DNA of 64,000 bases from assembly GCA_033764015.1 (NCBI GenBank), contig JANRJK010000013.1, positions 416,001 to 480,000 on the forward strand, given 5' to 3'. The stretch is from Candidatus Sumerlaeia bacterium (GTDB taxonomy: Bacteria; Sumerlaeota; Sumerlaeia; SLMS01; JANRJK01). The position numbers and the translations under genes are program-made. Numbering within the stretch: position 1 is the first letter of the stretch; every line of letters begins with the position of its first letter. This document shows positions 1-10,105 of this stretch, piece by piece. The notes under the pieces were generated by a model. That model had not been told where the DNA came from and did not search any database. It was given only the letters and a program-made list of their open reading frames with translations.

Positions 1-1686
1 GCGCAGGACGCGTTCGTCGCGCCCCGCCATGTCGGAGACCAGCCGCACCGTGAGCGTCTTCCCGCCGTCGTTCAGATGCACGACGCGCCGCATCTCCGTG
101 CGACCACCGTTCCCGGCGAGGGGCTCGAGCTTGATGCGTTCCGGCCCGTCCAGCACGTCCGCGCCTTCGATCTCGATCCGCGTCGGGCGGACGAGGCTCG
201 AGTAAACGCCTTGGTGCAGCACGTCGGGCAGGAAGCCGTCGTTGCGCACGGCGAGGCGGAGCTCGAACAAGCCGCGCTCGAGGCGCTTCAGCTCGGCGGA
301 CTCGATGGCGACCTTCGGCGCGCGCCGGGCGGTCTCCATCAGGAAGAGCGTGTGTGTCGTCGCGAGGTCGTCCAGCAGGGCGGGCGGCGGAACGATTCGC
401 GCATGCGGCGCGAAGCCGCCGGCCTCCGCGTCGTGGTCCGGGAAGTCAGGGTGCTTGATCGGCTTCCAGGCTGCCCAGCCCTGCGGGTCGCGCTCGACGA
501 GCCAATCGCGGAAGCGCTGCAGCTTCGCGATCTCGCCGTTTTCCGGCAGCGCCTTCTTCTCCTCGTCCGACAGCTCCGGCAGGAGGGCGAGCTGCATGTT
601 CGAGGTCCAGACCGGCGTGGCGACGGCGAAGCGCCCGAGCGCCACGGAGGCGAACCGCGCGAGGCCGCCCTGCGCGGCATCGGAAGCTCCCGGCGTGGAG
701 ACTTCGCCCTTGAGACCGAGCGACTTCCGGTACTCTTCCGCCACTTTGCGCAGCAACGGCAGGTCGTTCTTGTTCGGGAGCGAGGAGGGCTTGCGGCCCC
801 AGCGGCCACCCTTTACGTCGGGGTCCGTGGTCTTCTCCGGGTCCGGCGCCGTGAGGAGGTTGTCCTCCGTGCCGAGGACAACGACGGTTCCGATCTGCGG
901 ATTGTCATAGAGGAAATCGATCAGCGCGTGGACCTGCGGCTGGTCGGCGGGATTGGACGCGGAACCCTTCTCGAACCAAGGGAAATCGGTGGGGAAGTTG
1001 CGCGCGACACTGACGGCGCCGTCCTCCTCCTCGTTCCAGCGCTCGTCGCCGTCGTTGTCGCGGCCCTCGGACAGGATCAGCCACTCGCCGCGCTCGCCCT
1101 TCATCGCGTCGGCGGGGCGCGCGAAGGCGCCGTCCTTCCCGTCGGCGATGTGGGTGCCGCGGGGGTGCTTGACGCGGATCATGCGGATCGCGCCGTCGCC
1201 GTCCAGGTCCTCCGCGAGGTCCTCGCCGGACTCGCCGTCGTGGTCGGAATCGGACGCGCCGGTCGAGCCCGAGTGGGCGCGCGTCGGCGAGTCGAACCAG
1301 GTGGCGAGTCCCGCCGGGTTCATGTTGGTAACGACGTAGATCGTGTGCTCGGAGAGGAGCTTTTCCGATTCCTCGGAGCCGTCGGCGAGGCGTTCGATGA
1401 AGCGGAGCGCGATCTCGGAGCCGACGATGTGGCGCCCGTCGAGGCCGGCGGCGACCAGCATCGCAGGGCCGCCGGGGCGCTCGGGCCCCGCGCGGAACAG
1501 CCAGACGGGGTTGTCCGCGGCATCGCGGGCCAGCTCGGAGAACTCGAAGGTGTCGAGGTTCGCGGCCGCCGCCCGGCGCAAAACCTGCTCCGTGTCGGCG
1601 GCGGTGCGATAGCCTTCCGCGCCTGCCGTCCCCGTCATCACCGCGAGCGCCGCCGCCAGCGCCCTCCATGCACGTCGTTTCAGCAT
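1..1686 (-). CDS. M14 zinc-carboxypeptidase-like secreted protein, probably catalytically degenerate; 3' end runs off the window
   Basis: Not in the ORF track; translated by hand from ATG 1686: MLKRRAWRALAAALAVMTGTAGA (signal peptide) ... AAGLDGRHIVGSE ... YVVTNMNPAG ... EDLDGDG ... DNDGDERWNEE ... ARNFP ... WKPIKHPDF...GGF; open frame to base 1. Confidence 0.75.
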   Translation of the reverse strand, partial: MLKRRAWRALAAALAVMTGTAGAEGYRTAADTEQVLRRAAAANLDTFEFSELARDAADNPVWLFRAGPERPGGPAMLVAAGLDGRHIVGSEIALRFIERLADGSEESEKLLSEHTIYVVTNMNPAGLATWFDSPTRAHSGSTGASDSDHDGESGEDLAEDLDGDGAIRMIRVKHPRGTHIADGKDGAFARPADAMKGERGEWLILSEGRDNDGDERWNEEEDGAVSVARNFPTDFPWFEKGSASNPADQPQVHALIDFLYDNPQIGTVVVLGTEDNLLTAPDPEKTTDPDVKGGRWGRKPSSLPNKNDLPLLRKVAEEYRKSLGLKGEVSTPGASDAAQGGLARFASVALGRFAVATPVWTSNMQLALLPELSDEEKKALPENGEIAKLQRFRDWLVERDPQGWAAWKPIKHPDFPDHDAEAGGFAPHARIVPPPALLDDLATTHTLFLMETARRAPKVAIESAELKRLERGLFELRLAVRNDGFLPDVLHQGVYSSLVRPTRIEIEGADVLDGPERIKLEPLAGNGGRTEMRRVVHLNDGGKTLTVRLVSDMAGRDERVLR

Positions 1687-1769
1687 CGCGCGTCGAACCT
1701 TCGCATTGTCGTTGCCGGGCTGGCTCCGGGCCTGCTCCGGTTTGGTCCGCCACGTTCGGAGTCGTTTCC

Positions 1770-2471
1770 ATGGGTGTCGAGAAGAACAACGGCGCGTGCC
1801 GCCAGCCCCCCGCCCTGCCGGCGTCGCCGCGCAAGGCGCTGGACCACCTTCGCGCATCGGACCCGGCGCTCGACGCGGCCATCGACCGGGTCGGCCCCTT
1901 CGCCCTCGAAGCGCACGAGCCGACGCTGCACGCCTTCTGCGTCGAGATCATCGGCCAGCAGCTTTCCGTCACCGCCGCCTCCGCGATCGCGCGCCGGTTC
2001 AGCGACCGCTTCGGGCGCGGGGACTCCTTCGATCCCGACGCCGTGGTGGCGGCGCCGGTCGAGGAGCTGCGCGCGCTCGGCCTTTCGAACGCGAAGGCGC
2101 GCACGGTGCCCGGGCTCTGCCAGTTCTGGCGGGAGCACCGGCTGACCCCGGAGCGGGCGCGCCGGATGTCCGACGCGGAGCTGCTCGCCCTGCTCACGCA
2201 GGTGAAGGGCATCGGCCCGTGGACCGTGAAGATGTTCCTCATCTTCGCGCTTCGGCGTCCCGACGTGCTGCCGGAGGAGGACCTTGGCCTGCGCGCGGGG
2301 CTGCAGTTGATGCGCGGGCTGCCCGAGCCTCCCGCGCAGAAGGCGGTCCCCGCGATGACCGCCCACTGGGCGCCGTGGCGCACCGTCGGCACCTGGTACG
2401 CCTGGGGGCTGCTCCGGGTGCATCGGCAGGACAAGCTCGCCGCCCGCACCTCGGAGCCGCTCGATGCTTGA
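1770..2471 (+). CDS. alkA: DNA-3-methyladenine glycosylase II family (HhH-GPD)
   Basis: IIGQQLS, HhH motif VKGIGPWT, DLGL, W.PWR; ATG 1770 chosen inside ORF 1668..2471. Confidence 0.85.
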   Translation: MGVEKNNGACRQPPALPASPRKALDHLRASDPALDAAIDRVGPFALEAHEPTLHAFCVEIIGQQLSVTAASAIARRFSDRFGRGDSFDPDAVVAAPVEELRALGLSNAKARTVPGLCQFWREHRLTPERARRMSDAELLALLTQVKGIGPWTVKMFLIFALRRPDVLPEEDLGLRAGLQLMRGLPEPPAQKAVPAMTAHWAPWRTVGTWYAWGLLRVHRQDKLAARTSEPLDA

Positions 2472-3303
2472 AACCGCCACCGGCGCCACCGCGTGGGACG
2501 TCTACTGGTCGGAACGCTGGCGCCGCCGCGCCGCGTGGCTCGACCAGACGCTGCGGACCGAGCCCCCGCGCGGGTGGGCGCGCCTAAACGCGCTGCACCT
2601 CGCGCAGCTCCTGCGGCGGCTCGGCGCGCGGCGCGTACTTGACGCGGCCTGCGGATTGGGGCTCGGCGTCGCGTGCCTCATCGAGGAAGGCTTCGACGCG
2701 CACGGCGCGGACGCCTCCGCCACCGCCGTCGCCCATGCCTCGGAACTGCTCGCGGAGCGCGGCTTGTCGGCGAGGCTTCTGGCCGCGCGCTGGGAAGCGC
2801 TGCCGGACGCGCTCGGCGAGGGGACGCGCTTCGACGCGATCCACTGCGACGCGCTGGTATGGGCGGAGTCGGAGGCGGAGATCGCCGCGGCGGCGCGGGC
2901 CTTCGCCGAACTGCTGCCGCGCGGCGGCCAGGTGCTTTTCCACGGCGTCTTCCCGCTCCTCGACGAGGCGGTGAAGGAACGGCTCCTGCGGGAGGCCGTG
3001 GGCGCCGCGGAGCCGCGCGAAGCCGCCTGCGGTGCGCTGGTCCAGCGCACGTCTTTCCGCCGCGAGGGGGACGCGCTCGTGGAGACGCACACGTTCGCGG
3101 ACGCGGCCGGGACCGAGCGGCGCTGCGAGCTGCGGCAGCTCTTCCGCCACACCTGGCGCGACGTCCGGCGGGCGTTCTCGCAAGCCGGCGAGTGGCGCTT
3201 GGAGCAGGCCGCCACCACGATCGACGGCGCGCGCCGCTTCCACGCGGTCGCCACGCTGATGGCGCATCCCGCCGCCCCCGCGCCGATGGAGGACTTCCTG
3301 TGA
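2464..3303 (+). CDS. Class I SAM-dependent methyltransferase
   Basis: Motif I VLDAACGLG, GADAS, FDAI; overlaps the alkA stop. Confidence 0.75.
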   Translation: MLETATGATAWDVYWSERWRRRAAWLDQTLRTEPPRGWARLNALHLAQLLRRLGARRVLDAACGLGLGVACLIEEGFDAHGADASATAVAHASELLAERGLSARLLAARWEALPDALGEGTRFDAIHCDALVWAESEAEIAAAARAFAELLPRGGQVLFHGVFPLLDEAVKERLLREAVGAAEPREAACGALVQRTSFRREGDALVETHTFADAAGTERRCELRQLFRHTWRDVRRAFSQAGEWRLEQAATTIDGARRFHAVATLMAHPAAPAPMEDFL

Positions 3304-4181
3304 GCGCGCGCGGCTACCTTGCGCTGGGACTCGCGCTCGCGCTGGCGGGGTGCGAGGGCGAGGCGTTCCAGCTCGCGGAGGCGGGGCCCCGCCTCCGAAC
3401 CCCTTCCTTGGACGAGTCGTACCGGAGCGAGCGGTCGCGGGAGAGCACGGAGGAGTTCCTCCGCGTGTTCGAGGAGGAGCTGCACCGCTCGCGGCGGGAG
3501 CAGCCGGGCGGCTTGCGGGCGCTGACGCGCTCGCCGCTGCTCGACGGCGTCGCGCAGATCCACGCCGAGGACATGGCCGCGCAGGACTACTTCGCCCACG
3601 ACAGCCCGCAAGGCAACGATGTGGCGGACCGGGCGCGGTCGCTCCATCCCAGGGCAGTGATCCTGGATCTGCGCGAGAACCTCCACATGATCGAGACGAA
3701 CATCCCCGACCCCGCGGCGGAGCGGGCGCGGTTCGCCCAGCGCTCGCTGATGGAGTCCCCCGGCCACCGGGCGAACATCGTCAACACCCAGAGCGTCGAG
3801 TACGGCCTCGGCTACGCGCACGCGGTGCGGGACGGGGTCTTCCACGAGTACTCGGTGCAGGTTTTCGGCATCGTGCTGGGCGAGTTCCGCCAGGAACCCC
3901 CGGCCTCCCTCAACCTGGTCCGCGCGACGACACTCGTCCCATTCATCCCGGCGAGGGGGGACGCCGAGTGGTTCCTCTTCGCGCCGGACCTGCCCCGGCA
4001 GCAGTTCACCCACCCGCTCTTCCCGGACCGTGTGTTCCTGGGCGGGCGCCCGGTGCGGTACGACTCCGAGTACCAGGTTTTCGACATGTTGCCGATGCCC
4101 GCGGGGCGGATGGTGCTGGCCGCCCGGGTGCCCGGGATGCCGCCCGGCTACGGCGAGGTGTGGGAGTTCGAGTCGCGCTGA
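3300..4181 (+). CDS. CAP/SCP-domain lipoprotein
   Basis: GTG overlapping the upstream TGA; lipobox LALAGC; CAP motifs HAEDMA..YFAH, EN, LMESPGHRANI, GLG. Confidence 0.8.
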   Translation: MSARGYLALGLALALAGCEGEAFQLAEAGPRLRTPSLDESYRSERSRESTEEFLRVFEEELHRSRREQPGGLRALTRSPLLDGVAQIHAEDMAAQDYFAHDSPQGNDVADRARSLHPRAVILDLRENLHMIETNIPDPAAERARFAQRSLMESPGHRANIVNTQSVEYGLGYAHAVRDGVFHEYSVQVFGIVLGEFRQEPPASLNLVRATTLVPFIPARGDAEWFLFAPDLPRQQFTHPLFPDRVFLGGRPVRYDSEYQVFDMLPMPAGRMVLAARVPGMPPGYGEVWEFESR

Positions 4182-4202
4182 AGCAGGCGGCTGAACGGCG
4201 CC

Positions 4203-5315
4203 TCAGAACCCGTGCGAACCCGCGGCGCGGCGCCGGTCCAGAGGCGATCCGATTCCCAACAGTCGGGGCGCGGCCTCTGGGCAATAGAGAACATCCGCGG
4301 CGTCAATCACTTGATCGCAACCTACTGGGTTGCAGATCCACGGCGGAGCAGGAGTGGGTGATGGCGGTGCGGAGGATTGCTTGGGGACTAAGTTAACTTC
4401 CCATCTGAATTGTGCATACATGCCTCTTGGGGAATCGTTAGCGATTCCAGGGCTGTTATTGTAGAGGGCCAATCTAACATCGAGAAAGAATGCGTTTGTG
4501 GATTGAAAGGCCGCTTCCTCCCAGTCCAAGACTTCAATTTGTGGGGCCAAGAAGAGGAGTTCCCCCGGGCACATCCGGATTGGGAACAACTGCTTATCCT
4601 CGTCGCTGAGGCGAATGCGGAACCAACTCTCTCTATTGGACTCGGCTGGTCCGTAGATGATGAGTGGAACCGTGCCGTTGTTGGTGATTCCGACCGGCGA
4701 AACCCAAGCCATCCGTTCGTCCAGCGAGATCCAAGCCTCTGGTGTGTCCGAATATATAGGAAAGAGGTCGGGCAATTGCCCGGGCACCGCAACCGGAGTC
4801 GGCGTCGGGGTCGGCACATACCCTTCCGGCGGAAGGACGGTGAGGGAGATGGGAAAGCCATCGCACTGGCAGCAAGTGGGGTCGGCGATGGGGCGGACGT
4901 TTAGCGTATACGTCGTGGGTTGAAGAAGCGTAAAGGACGCTTGGCGTGATGAAAGCGAGAGAACAGAGTCGACTGTAGTTGCAAAGGAAGAGCCGGAGGT
5001 CACGGAGACGGCGTAGAAAGCAAAACCCCCGTTCACTTCACTTCCCCCCGCCCATTCGACCGTCAACGTGTCCCCGGCCTTCATGATGTAGGGCGCTTCA
5101 GTCGGCAAGACCCGAGGGCAAAGCCCGCCTGCCGTGGTGAACGTGATGGTCTCCCCCTCCTCCGCCCCCGCGGGCCCTACCACGGCGCTTGGCAGGATGC
5201 GGACTTCCGGGCGCGGGGCGGCGCCGGTCCAGAGGCGGGTTGCGGCTTCGAGGCAGCCGAGCACAGCGGCTCCCAGCATCGCCATCGCGAGTCGGCGTCG
5301 GATCGAGTGGTTCAT
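4203..5315 (-). CDS. Hypothetical secreted protein with Pro/Thr linkers and a C-terminal IDAADV (dockerin/EF-hand-like) motif
   Basis: 370-aa ORF, GGAG upstream of ATG, signal-like N-terminus, PTPTPTP and PPSPTPAPP linkers; visibly lower GC than the flanks. Confidence 0.6.
   Translation of the reverse strand: MNHSIRRRLAMAMLGAAVLGCLEAATRLWTGAAPRPEVRILPSAVVGPAGAEEGETITFTTAGGLCPRVLPTEAPYIMKAGDTLTVEWAGGSEVNGGFAFYAVSVTSGSSFATTVDSVLSLSSRQASFTLLQPTTYTLNVRPIADPTCCQCDGFPISLTVLPPEGYVPTPTPTPVAVPGQLPDLFPIYSDTPEAWISLDERMAWVSPVGITNNGTVPLIIYGPAESNRESWFRIRLSDEDKQLFPIRMCPGELLFLAPQIEVLDWEEAAFQSTNAFFLDVRLALYNNSPGIANDSPRGMYAQFRWEVNLVPKQSSAPPSPTPAPPWICNPVGCDQVIDAADVLYCPEAAPRLLGIGSPLDRRRAAGSHGF
4227..4246. repeat. 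20-bp direct repeat, copy 1 (GCGGCGCCGGTCCAGAGGCG)
   Basis: Exact match to 5218-5237. Confidence 0.8.
5218..5237. repeat. 20-bp direct repeat, copy 2
   Basis: Exact match to 4227-4246. Confidence 0.8.
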
Positions 5316-5688
5316 GTGTGCTGCTCCCCCGGGCGGTTGCCCTCCATAGCCTATGCAGGGATCATCACCTAACTACTCCGCAACGCAAGCTTAGTGGTAA
5401 TGTCGCGCACAACTGTTGGCCGAATGGCGATGGTTGCGGCCCCTTGAGGGGCCGAACTGCGGCGCAGGGCCACGGTTCCCACCCCCTCTGCCCGGGAGGA
5501 AGAGCGGTGGTTACCGTTGGCGGCATTTGTCCCGGCGCCCGCGGGTGGCAGTGGCCCGGGGATTCGAGAGCGTGCGGGGGGGGCGCCGCTGGCGGGGGTG
5601 CGGGGAAGACCTGGCAGGGGGTTCGGTTTTCCGCCTTGCTGCCCGGCGATGCGCCCGCTTCTCTGGAGGCTGGACCCCCGGAGGCAGG

Positions 5689-7218
5689 ATGAACCCCGTA
5701 CACCTTACGCTGGATGGGCAATCGCTCACCTTGGAGGCGCTCGCGCCGCTGGTGGCGGGGGAGCGGGTGCGCGCGGAGCCGGTGCCCGCCGCGTGGGACG
5801 CGGTGCGGCGTTCGGCGGCGGCGCTTCAAGCGCTCGACCTCGCCGGAGCGCCGCTCTACGGCATCAACACGGGCTTCGGCTCGCTCTGCAACGTGGCCGT
5901 CGCGCCGGCGGAGCTCGCCGGGCTGCAGACCAACCTGCTCCGCAGCCACGCTTGCGGGGTCGGCGACCCCACCCCTCCGGAAGTCGTGCGGATCATGCTC
6001 GCGCTCAAGGCGCAGAGCTTCTGCCGCGGGCACTCCTCGATCCGCCCGGAAGTTGTCGAGCGCCTGCTGCTGTTCCTCGCCGAGGATGCGCTGCCGCTCG
6101 TGCCCGCGCAGGGATCGCTCGGCGCGTCGGGCGACTTGGCGCCGCTCGCGCACCTGTCGCTGCCGCTGATCGGCGAGGGCGCTTTCCGGATGGCGGACGG
6201 GTCCGCCGAGGACGCGGCGCCGTGGCACCGCGTGCGGGGCTTGGAGCCGCTGCGGCTTGGCCCGAAGGAGGGTCTCGCGCTCATCAACGGCACGCAATTC
6301 CTGACGGCGCACGCGGCCGCCGCGCTGGTCCGCGCGCGCCATGCGGCCCGGACGCTGGACTGCGCGGCGGCGATGAGCCTCGAGGCGATGGCGGGGCGCG
6401 CGCTGCCGTTCGACGAGCGCATCGCCGCGGTCCGTCCGCACCGCGGAGTCGCCGGGGTGATGGCGCGGATCCGCGGCCTCACGAAGGGCAGCGCCCTTCT
6501 GGACGGCGCCGGCGCTGCGCCCCGCGTCCAAGACCCCTACTCCTTCCGCTGCGTCCCGCAGGTGCATGGCGCCGCCTGCGACGCGCTCGCCTATGCGGAA
6601 GGGGTGGTCGAAACGGAGCTGAACTCGACGACGGACAATCCGTTGGTGCTGGAGGACGGCTCGTACCACAGCGGCGGCAACTTCCACGGCGAGCCGGTCG
6701 CGCTGGCGATGGACTTCGCCGCGATCGCGATGACGGAGCTGGCCTCGATCTCGGAGCGGCGGGTCTTTTGGCTGCTCGAGGGCGCCCGGGTCGGCCTGCC
6801 CCCGATGCTGGCGGGGGGACGGGGCGGGCTCCACTCCGGCTTCATGATCGCGCAGTACACGGCCGCCGCGCTCGTCAGCGAATGCAAGCTGCTCGCGCAC
6901 CCCGCCAGCGTGGACACGATCCCCTCGTCGAACGGGCAGGAGGACCACGTCAGCATGGGGAGCATCGCCGCGCGGAAGGCGCTTTCCGTGGCGGCGATGC
7001 TCGAGCGCGTCGCGGCCGTGGAGCTGCTCTGCGCCGCGCAGGCGCTGGACGCGAGGGGGGCGGAACGGGCCGGGGCCGGCACCCGGGCTCTCCATGCGCG
7101 GGTGCGGGAACTGGCGCCGCCCCTCGAAGGCGACCGCCCGCTTTCTTGCGAAATCGAATGCTTGGCACGGGCGCTCGGGCGTGGAGAAATGGCGCCCCAC
7201 GGACAAGGAGCAGACTAA
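5689..7218 (+). CDS. hutH: Histidine ammonia-lyase
   Basis: YGINTGFG, LLRSHACG, MIO motif GASGDLAPL, KEGLALING, QDPYSFRC, GNFHG, EDHVSMG. Confidence 0.95.
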   Translation: MNPVHLTLDGQSLTLEALAPLVAGERVRAEPVPAAWDAVRRSAAALQALDLAGAPLYGINTGFGSLCNVAVAPAELAGLQTNLLRSHACGVGDPTPPEVVRIMLALKAQSFCRGHSSIRPEVVERLLLFLAEDALPLVPAQGSLGASGDLAPLAHLSLPLIGEGAFRMADGSAEDAAPWHRVRGLEPLRLGPKEGLALINGTQFLTAHAAAALVRARHAARTLDCAAAMSLEAMAGRALPFDERIAAVRPHRGVAGVMARIRGLTKGSALLDGAGAAPRVQDPYSFRCVPQVHGAACDALAYAEGVVETELNSTTDNPLVLEDGSYHSGGNFHGEPVALAMDFAAIAMTELASISERRVFWLLEGARVGLPPMLAGGRGGLHSGFMIAQYTAAALVSECKLLAHPASVDTIPSSNGQEDHVSMGSIAARKALSVAAMLERVAAVELLCAAQALDARGAERAGAGTRALHARVRELAPPLEGDRPLSCEIECLARALGRGEMAPHGQGAD

Positions 7219-8889
7219 ATGGGCAGCATGCACGACACCGCCGAGATGATCCGCGCCGCACGCGGCCCGAGGATCAGCTGCGCCAACTGGCAAATCGAAG
7301 CGGCCATGCGCATGCTGATGAACAACCTCGACTCCGACGTCGCCGAGGACCCGGACAACCTGGTGGTCTACGGCGGCAGCGGCAAGGCGGCGCGCAACTG
7401 GCCCAGCTACTACCGCATCGTGACCGCGCTCCGGGGCATGGCCGCCGACGAGACCCTGATCGTCCAGAGCGGGAAGCCCGTCGCCGTCTTCCGCACGCAC
7501 GAGGGCGCGCCCCGCGTGCTCATCGCCAATTCGAACCTCGTCCCCAAGTGGGCCACCTGGGAGAAGTTCCACGAGCTCGACGCCCTCGGGCTCATGATGT
7601 ACGGCCAGATGACCGCCGGGAGCTGGATTTACATCGGCTCGCAGGGCATCGTCCAGGGCACCTACGAGACCTTCATGGAGGCGGGGCGGCGGCACTTCGG
7701 CGGCAGCCTCGCGGGGCGCCTCGTCGTGACCGCCGGCCTCGGCGGCATGGGCGGCGCCCAGCCCCTCGCCGCCACCATGGCGGGCGCGTGCTGCATCGCC
7801 ATCGAGGTGGACCGCGCCCGCATCCACCGCCGCCTCCAGACCCGCTACGTCGACCACTCGACGGAGCATCTCGAGGACGCGCTGCAGACCTGCCTCGACG
7901 CGATGTCGCAGGGGCGCACGGTCTCCGTCGCGCTGCTCGGCAACGCGGCGGACGTGCTGCCGGCGCTGCTCGAACGCGGCGTCCGCCCGGACATCGTGAC
8001 GGACCAGACCTCGGCGCACGACCCGCTGAATGGATACGTGCCGAACGAGCTCGCCTACGAGGACGCGGTCGACCTGCGCGACGACGATCCGGAGGAGTAC
8101 ACGCGCCGCTCGATGCTCGCGATGGCCGCCCACGTGCGCGCGATGCTCGAGTTCAAGCGGCGGGGCTCGATCGTCTTCGACTACGGCAACAACATCCGCG
8201 CCCAGGCGAAGGAGGCTGGCGTCGAGAACGCTTTCGATATCCCCGGCTTCGTCCCCGAGTACATCCGCCCGATGTTCTGCGAAGGGAACGGTCCGTTCCG
8301 CTGGGTGGCGCTCTCCGGCGATCCGGAGGACATCCGCAAGACCGACGCGGCGCTTCTGGAGCTGTTCCCGGAGAACGAGCGCCTGGCGCGCTGGCTCAAG
8401 CTGGCGGGGGAGCGCATCGCTTTCCAGGGCCTTCCCGCGCGCATCTGCTGGCTCAAGTACGGCGAACGCGCGAAGGCGGGCCTGCTCTTCAACAAGATGG
8501 TGCGCGAGAAGCAGCTCAAGGCGCCCATCGTCATCGGGCGCGACCACCTCGACTGCGGCTCCGTGGCGTCGCCGAACCGCGAGACCGAGGGCATGATGGA
8601 CGGCTCGGACGCGGTCGCTGACTGGCCGCTGCTCAACGCGCTGCTGAACACCGCGTCTGGCGCGACTTGGGTGTCGCTGCACCACGGCGGCGGCGTCGGC
8701 ATGGGCTACTCGATCCACTCGGGAATGGTTGTCGTCGCCGACGGCACGCCTGCGATGGACGAGCGCCTCGCCCGCGTCCTGACGACCGACCCCGGCATGG
8801 GCGTCGTCCGCCACGCGGACGCGGGTTACCCGCGCGCCATCGACGTGGCGAAGCGCGAAGGCATCCAAATCCCCTTCCTGACGATGTAG
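7219..8889 (+). CDS. hutU: Urocanate hydratase
   Basis: [50 protein letters not shown]; start could be ATG 7228. Confidence 0.97.
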   Translation: MGSMHDTAEMIRAARGPRISCANWQIEAAMRMLMNNLDSDVAEDPDNLVVYGGSGKAARNWPSYYRIVTALRGMAADETLIVQSGKPVAVFRTHEGAPRVLIANSNLVPKWATWEKFHELDALGLMMYGQMTAGSWIYIGSQGIVQGTYETFMEAGRRHFGGSLAGRLVVTAGLGGMGGAQPLAATMAGACCIAIEVDRARIHRRLQTRYVDHSTEHLEDALQTCLDAMSQGRTVSVALLGNAADVLPALLERGVRPDIVTDQTSAHDPLNGYVPNELAYEDAVDLRDDDPEEYTRRSMLAMAAHVRAMLEFKRRGSIVFDYGNNIRAQAKEAGVENAFDIPGFVPEYIRPMFCEGNGPFRWVALSGDPEDIRKTDAALLELFPENERLARWLKLAGERIAFQGLPARICWLKYGERAKAGLLFNKMVREKQLKAPIVIGRDHLDCGSVASPNRETEGMMDGSDAVADWPLLNALLNTASGATWVSLHHGGGVGMGYSIHSGMVVVADGTPAMDERLARVLTTDPGMGVVRHADAGYPRAIDVAKREGIQIPFLTM

Positions 8890-8893
8890 CCGC

Positions 8894-10105
8894 GTGCCGC
8901 CGCTGCTCCTGCGCCACGCGACGGTCTTCGCGGGCGAGCGCCATTGGCCGCTCCTCGCGGACCACATGGTGTTCGCGGACCTGGGGCGCATCCTGGCCGT
9001 GCTGCCGGAGGGCGGCGCGCACTCGCTCAAGCTGCCCCCGAACGCGCTCGAGGTGGACTGCGCCGGCGCGCTGCTGACTCCCGGGCTCATCGACTGCCAC
9101 ACGCACCTTCTCTTCGGCGGCGCCCGCGCCAAAGAGTTCGCCATGCGCCTCGCCGGGCGACCCTACCAGGAGATCGCCGCGGCCGGTGGCGGCATCGCCT
9201 CCACGGTGCGCGCCACCCGCGCGGCGTCCGACGAGGGGCTGCTGGCCGCGGCCATGGCCCGCCTCGGCGAGATGGCCCGGCAAGGCGTCACCACGGTCGA
9301 AGTGAAGAGCGGCTACGGCCTCGACACGGAGCACGAGCTGCGCCTGCTGCGCCTGGCGCGCGAGCTCGGGCGCCGCGCGCCGCAAGAGATTGTGCCCACT
9401 TTCCTGGGTGCGCACGCGGTGGGACCGGAGTTTTCCGGCGACCGCGCCGCGTACCTCCGCTGCGTCCGGGAGGAGATGCTCCCCGCGGTCGCGCGGGAGA
9501 AGCTCGCCACCTCCGTGGACGCGTTCTGCGAAACCGGCGCGTTCACCGCGGAGGAGGTGTCGGAACTCTTCGGCGAGGCCCGCGCGCTCGGCCTGCGGGT
9601 GCGGATCCACGCGGAGCAGTTCGGTTGGCACGGCGGAGCGGCGATGGCCGCGCGGCACGGGGCCCTCTCCGCGGACCACCTCGAGTACCTCAAGCCGGAG
9701 GAGGCGCCGCTGCTGGCCGCGTCTGGCACGGTGGCGGTGCTGCTGCCCGGCGCGCAGCTCACTCTCGCGCTTCCGAACCCGCCGGTCGCCGCGCTGCGCG
9801 AGGCGGGCGCGGCGATCGCGCTCGCGACCGACTGCAATCCCGGCACCAGCATGACGACGAACCTACACTTGATGCTGCAACTCGGCGCGGCGCTCTACCG
9901 CCTGTCGCCGGAGGAGTGCCTCGCCGCCGCGACCGCGAACGCCGCCCGCGCGCTCGGCATCCGCGAGCGCACCGGCACCATCGCGCCGGGCCAGGCGGCG
10001 GACTTGCTCCTGTGGGACGCCGCGACACCCGCCGAGGCGCTCTACCGCCTCGGCGCCGCACCGGTCCGGCGCGTCTGGAAAGGCGGAAGGGAGATCACCC
10101 CATGA
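8894..10105 (+). CDS. hutI: Imidazolonepropionase
   Basis: PGLIDCHTH, GGGIASTV, EVKSGYGL, HAEQ, SADHLE, ATDCNPG. Confidence 0.95.
   Translation: MPPLLLRHATVFAGERHWPLLADHMVFADLGRILAVLPEGGAHSLKLPPNALEVDCAGALLTPGLIDCHTHLLFGGARAKEFAMRLAGRPYQEIAAAGGGIASTVRATRAASDEGLLAAAMARLGEMARQGVTTVEVKSGYGLDTEHELRLLRLARELGRRAPQEIVPTFLGAHAVGPEFSGDRAAYLRCVREEMLPAVAREKLATSVDAFCETGAFTAEEVSELFGEARALGLRVRIHAEQFGWHGGAAMAARHGALSADHLEYLKPEEAPLLAASGTVAVLLPGAQLTLALPNPPVAALREAGAAIALATDCNPGTSMTTNLHLMLQLGAALYRLSPEECLAAATANAARALGIRERTGTIAPGQAADLLLWDAATPAEALYRLGAAPVRRVWKGGREITP

Noticed and set aside
76..2145. 689-aa plus-strand ORF
   Set aside because: Antisense shadow of the M14-like gene; no recognisable motifs
4791..4815. 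Short tandem-like repeat
   Set aside because: Simply encodes the PTPTPTP linker
4203..5315. Diversity-generating retroelement or IS explanation for the repeat-flanked cassette
   Set aside because: No reverse transcriptase, transposase, terminal inverted repeats or long adenine-mismatched TR/VR pair seen
5365..9144. 1259-aa minus-strand ORF
   Set aside because: Antisense shadow of hutH/hutU, expected in high-GC DNA
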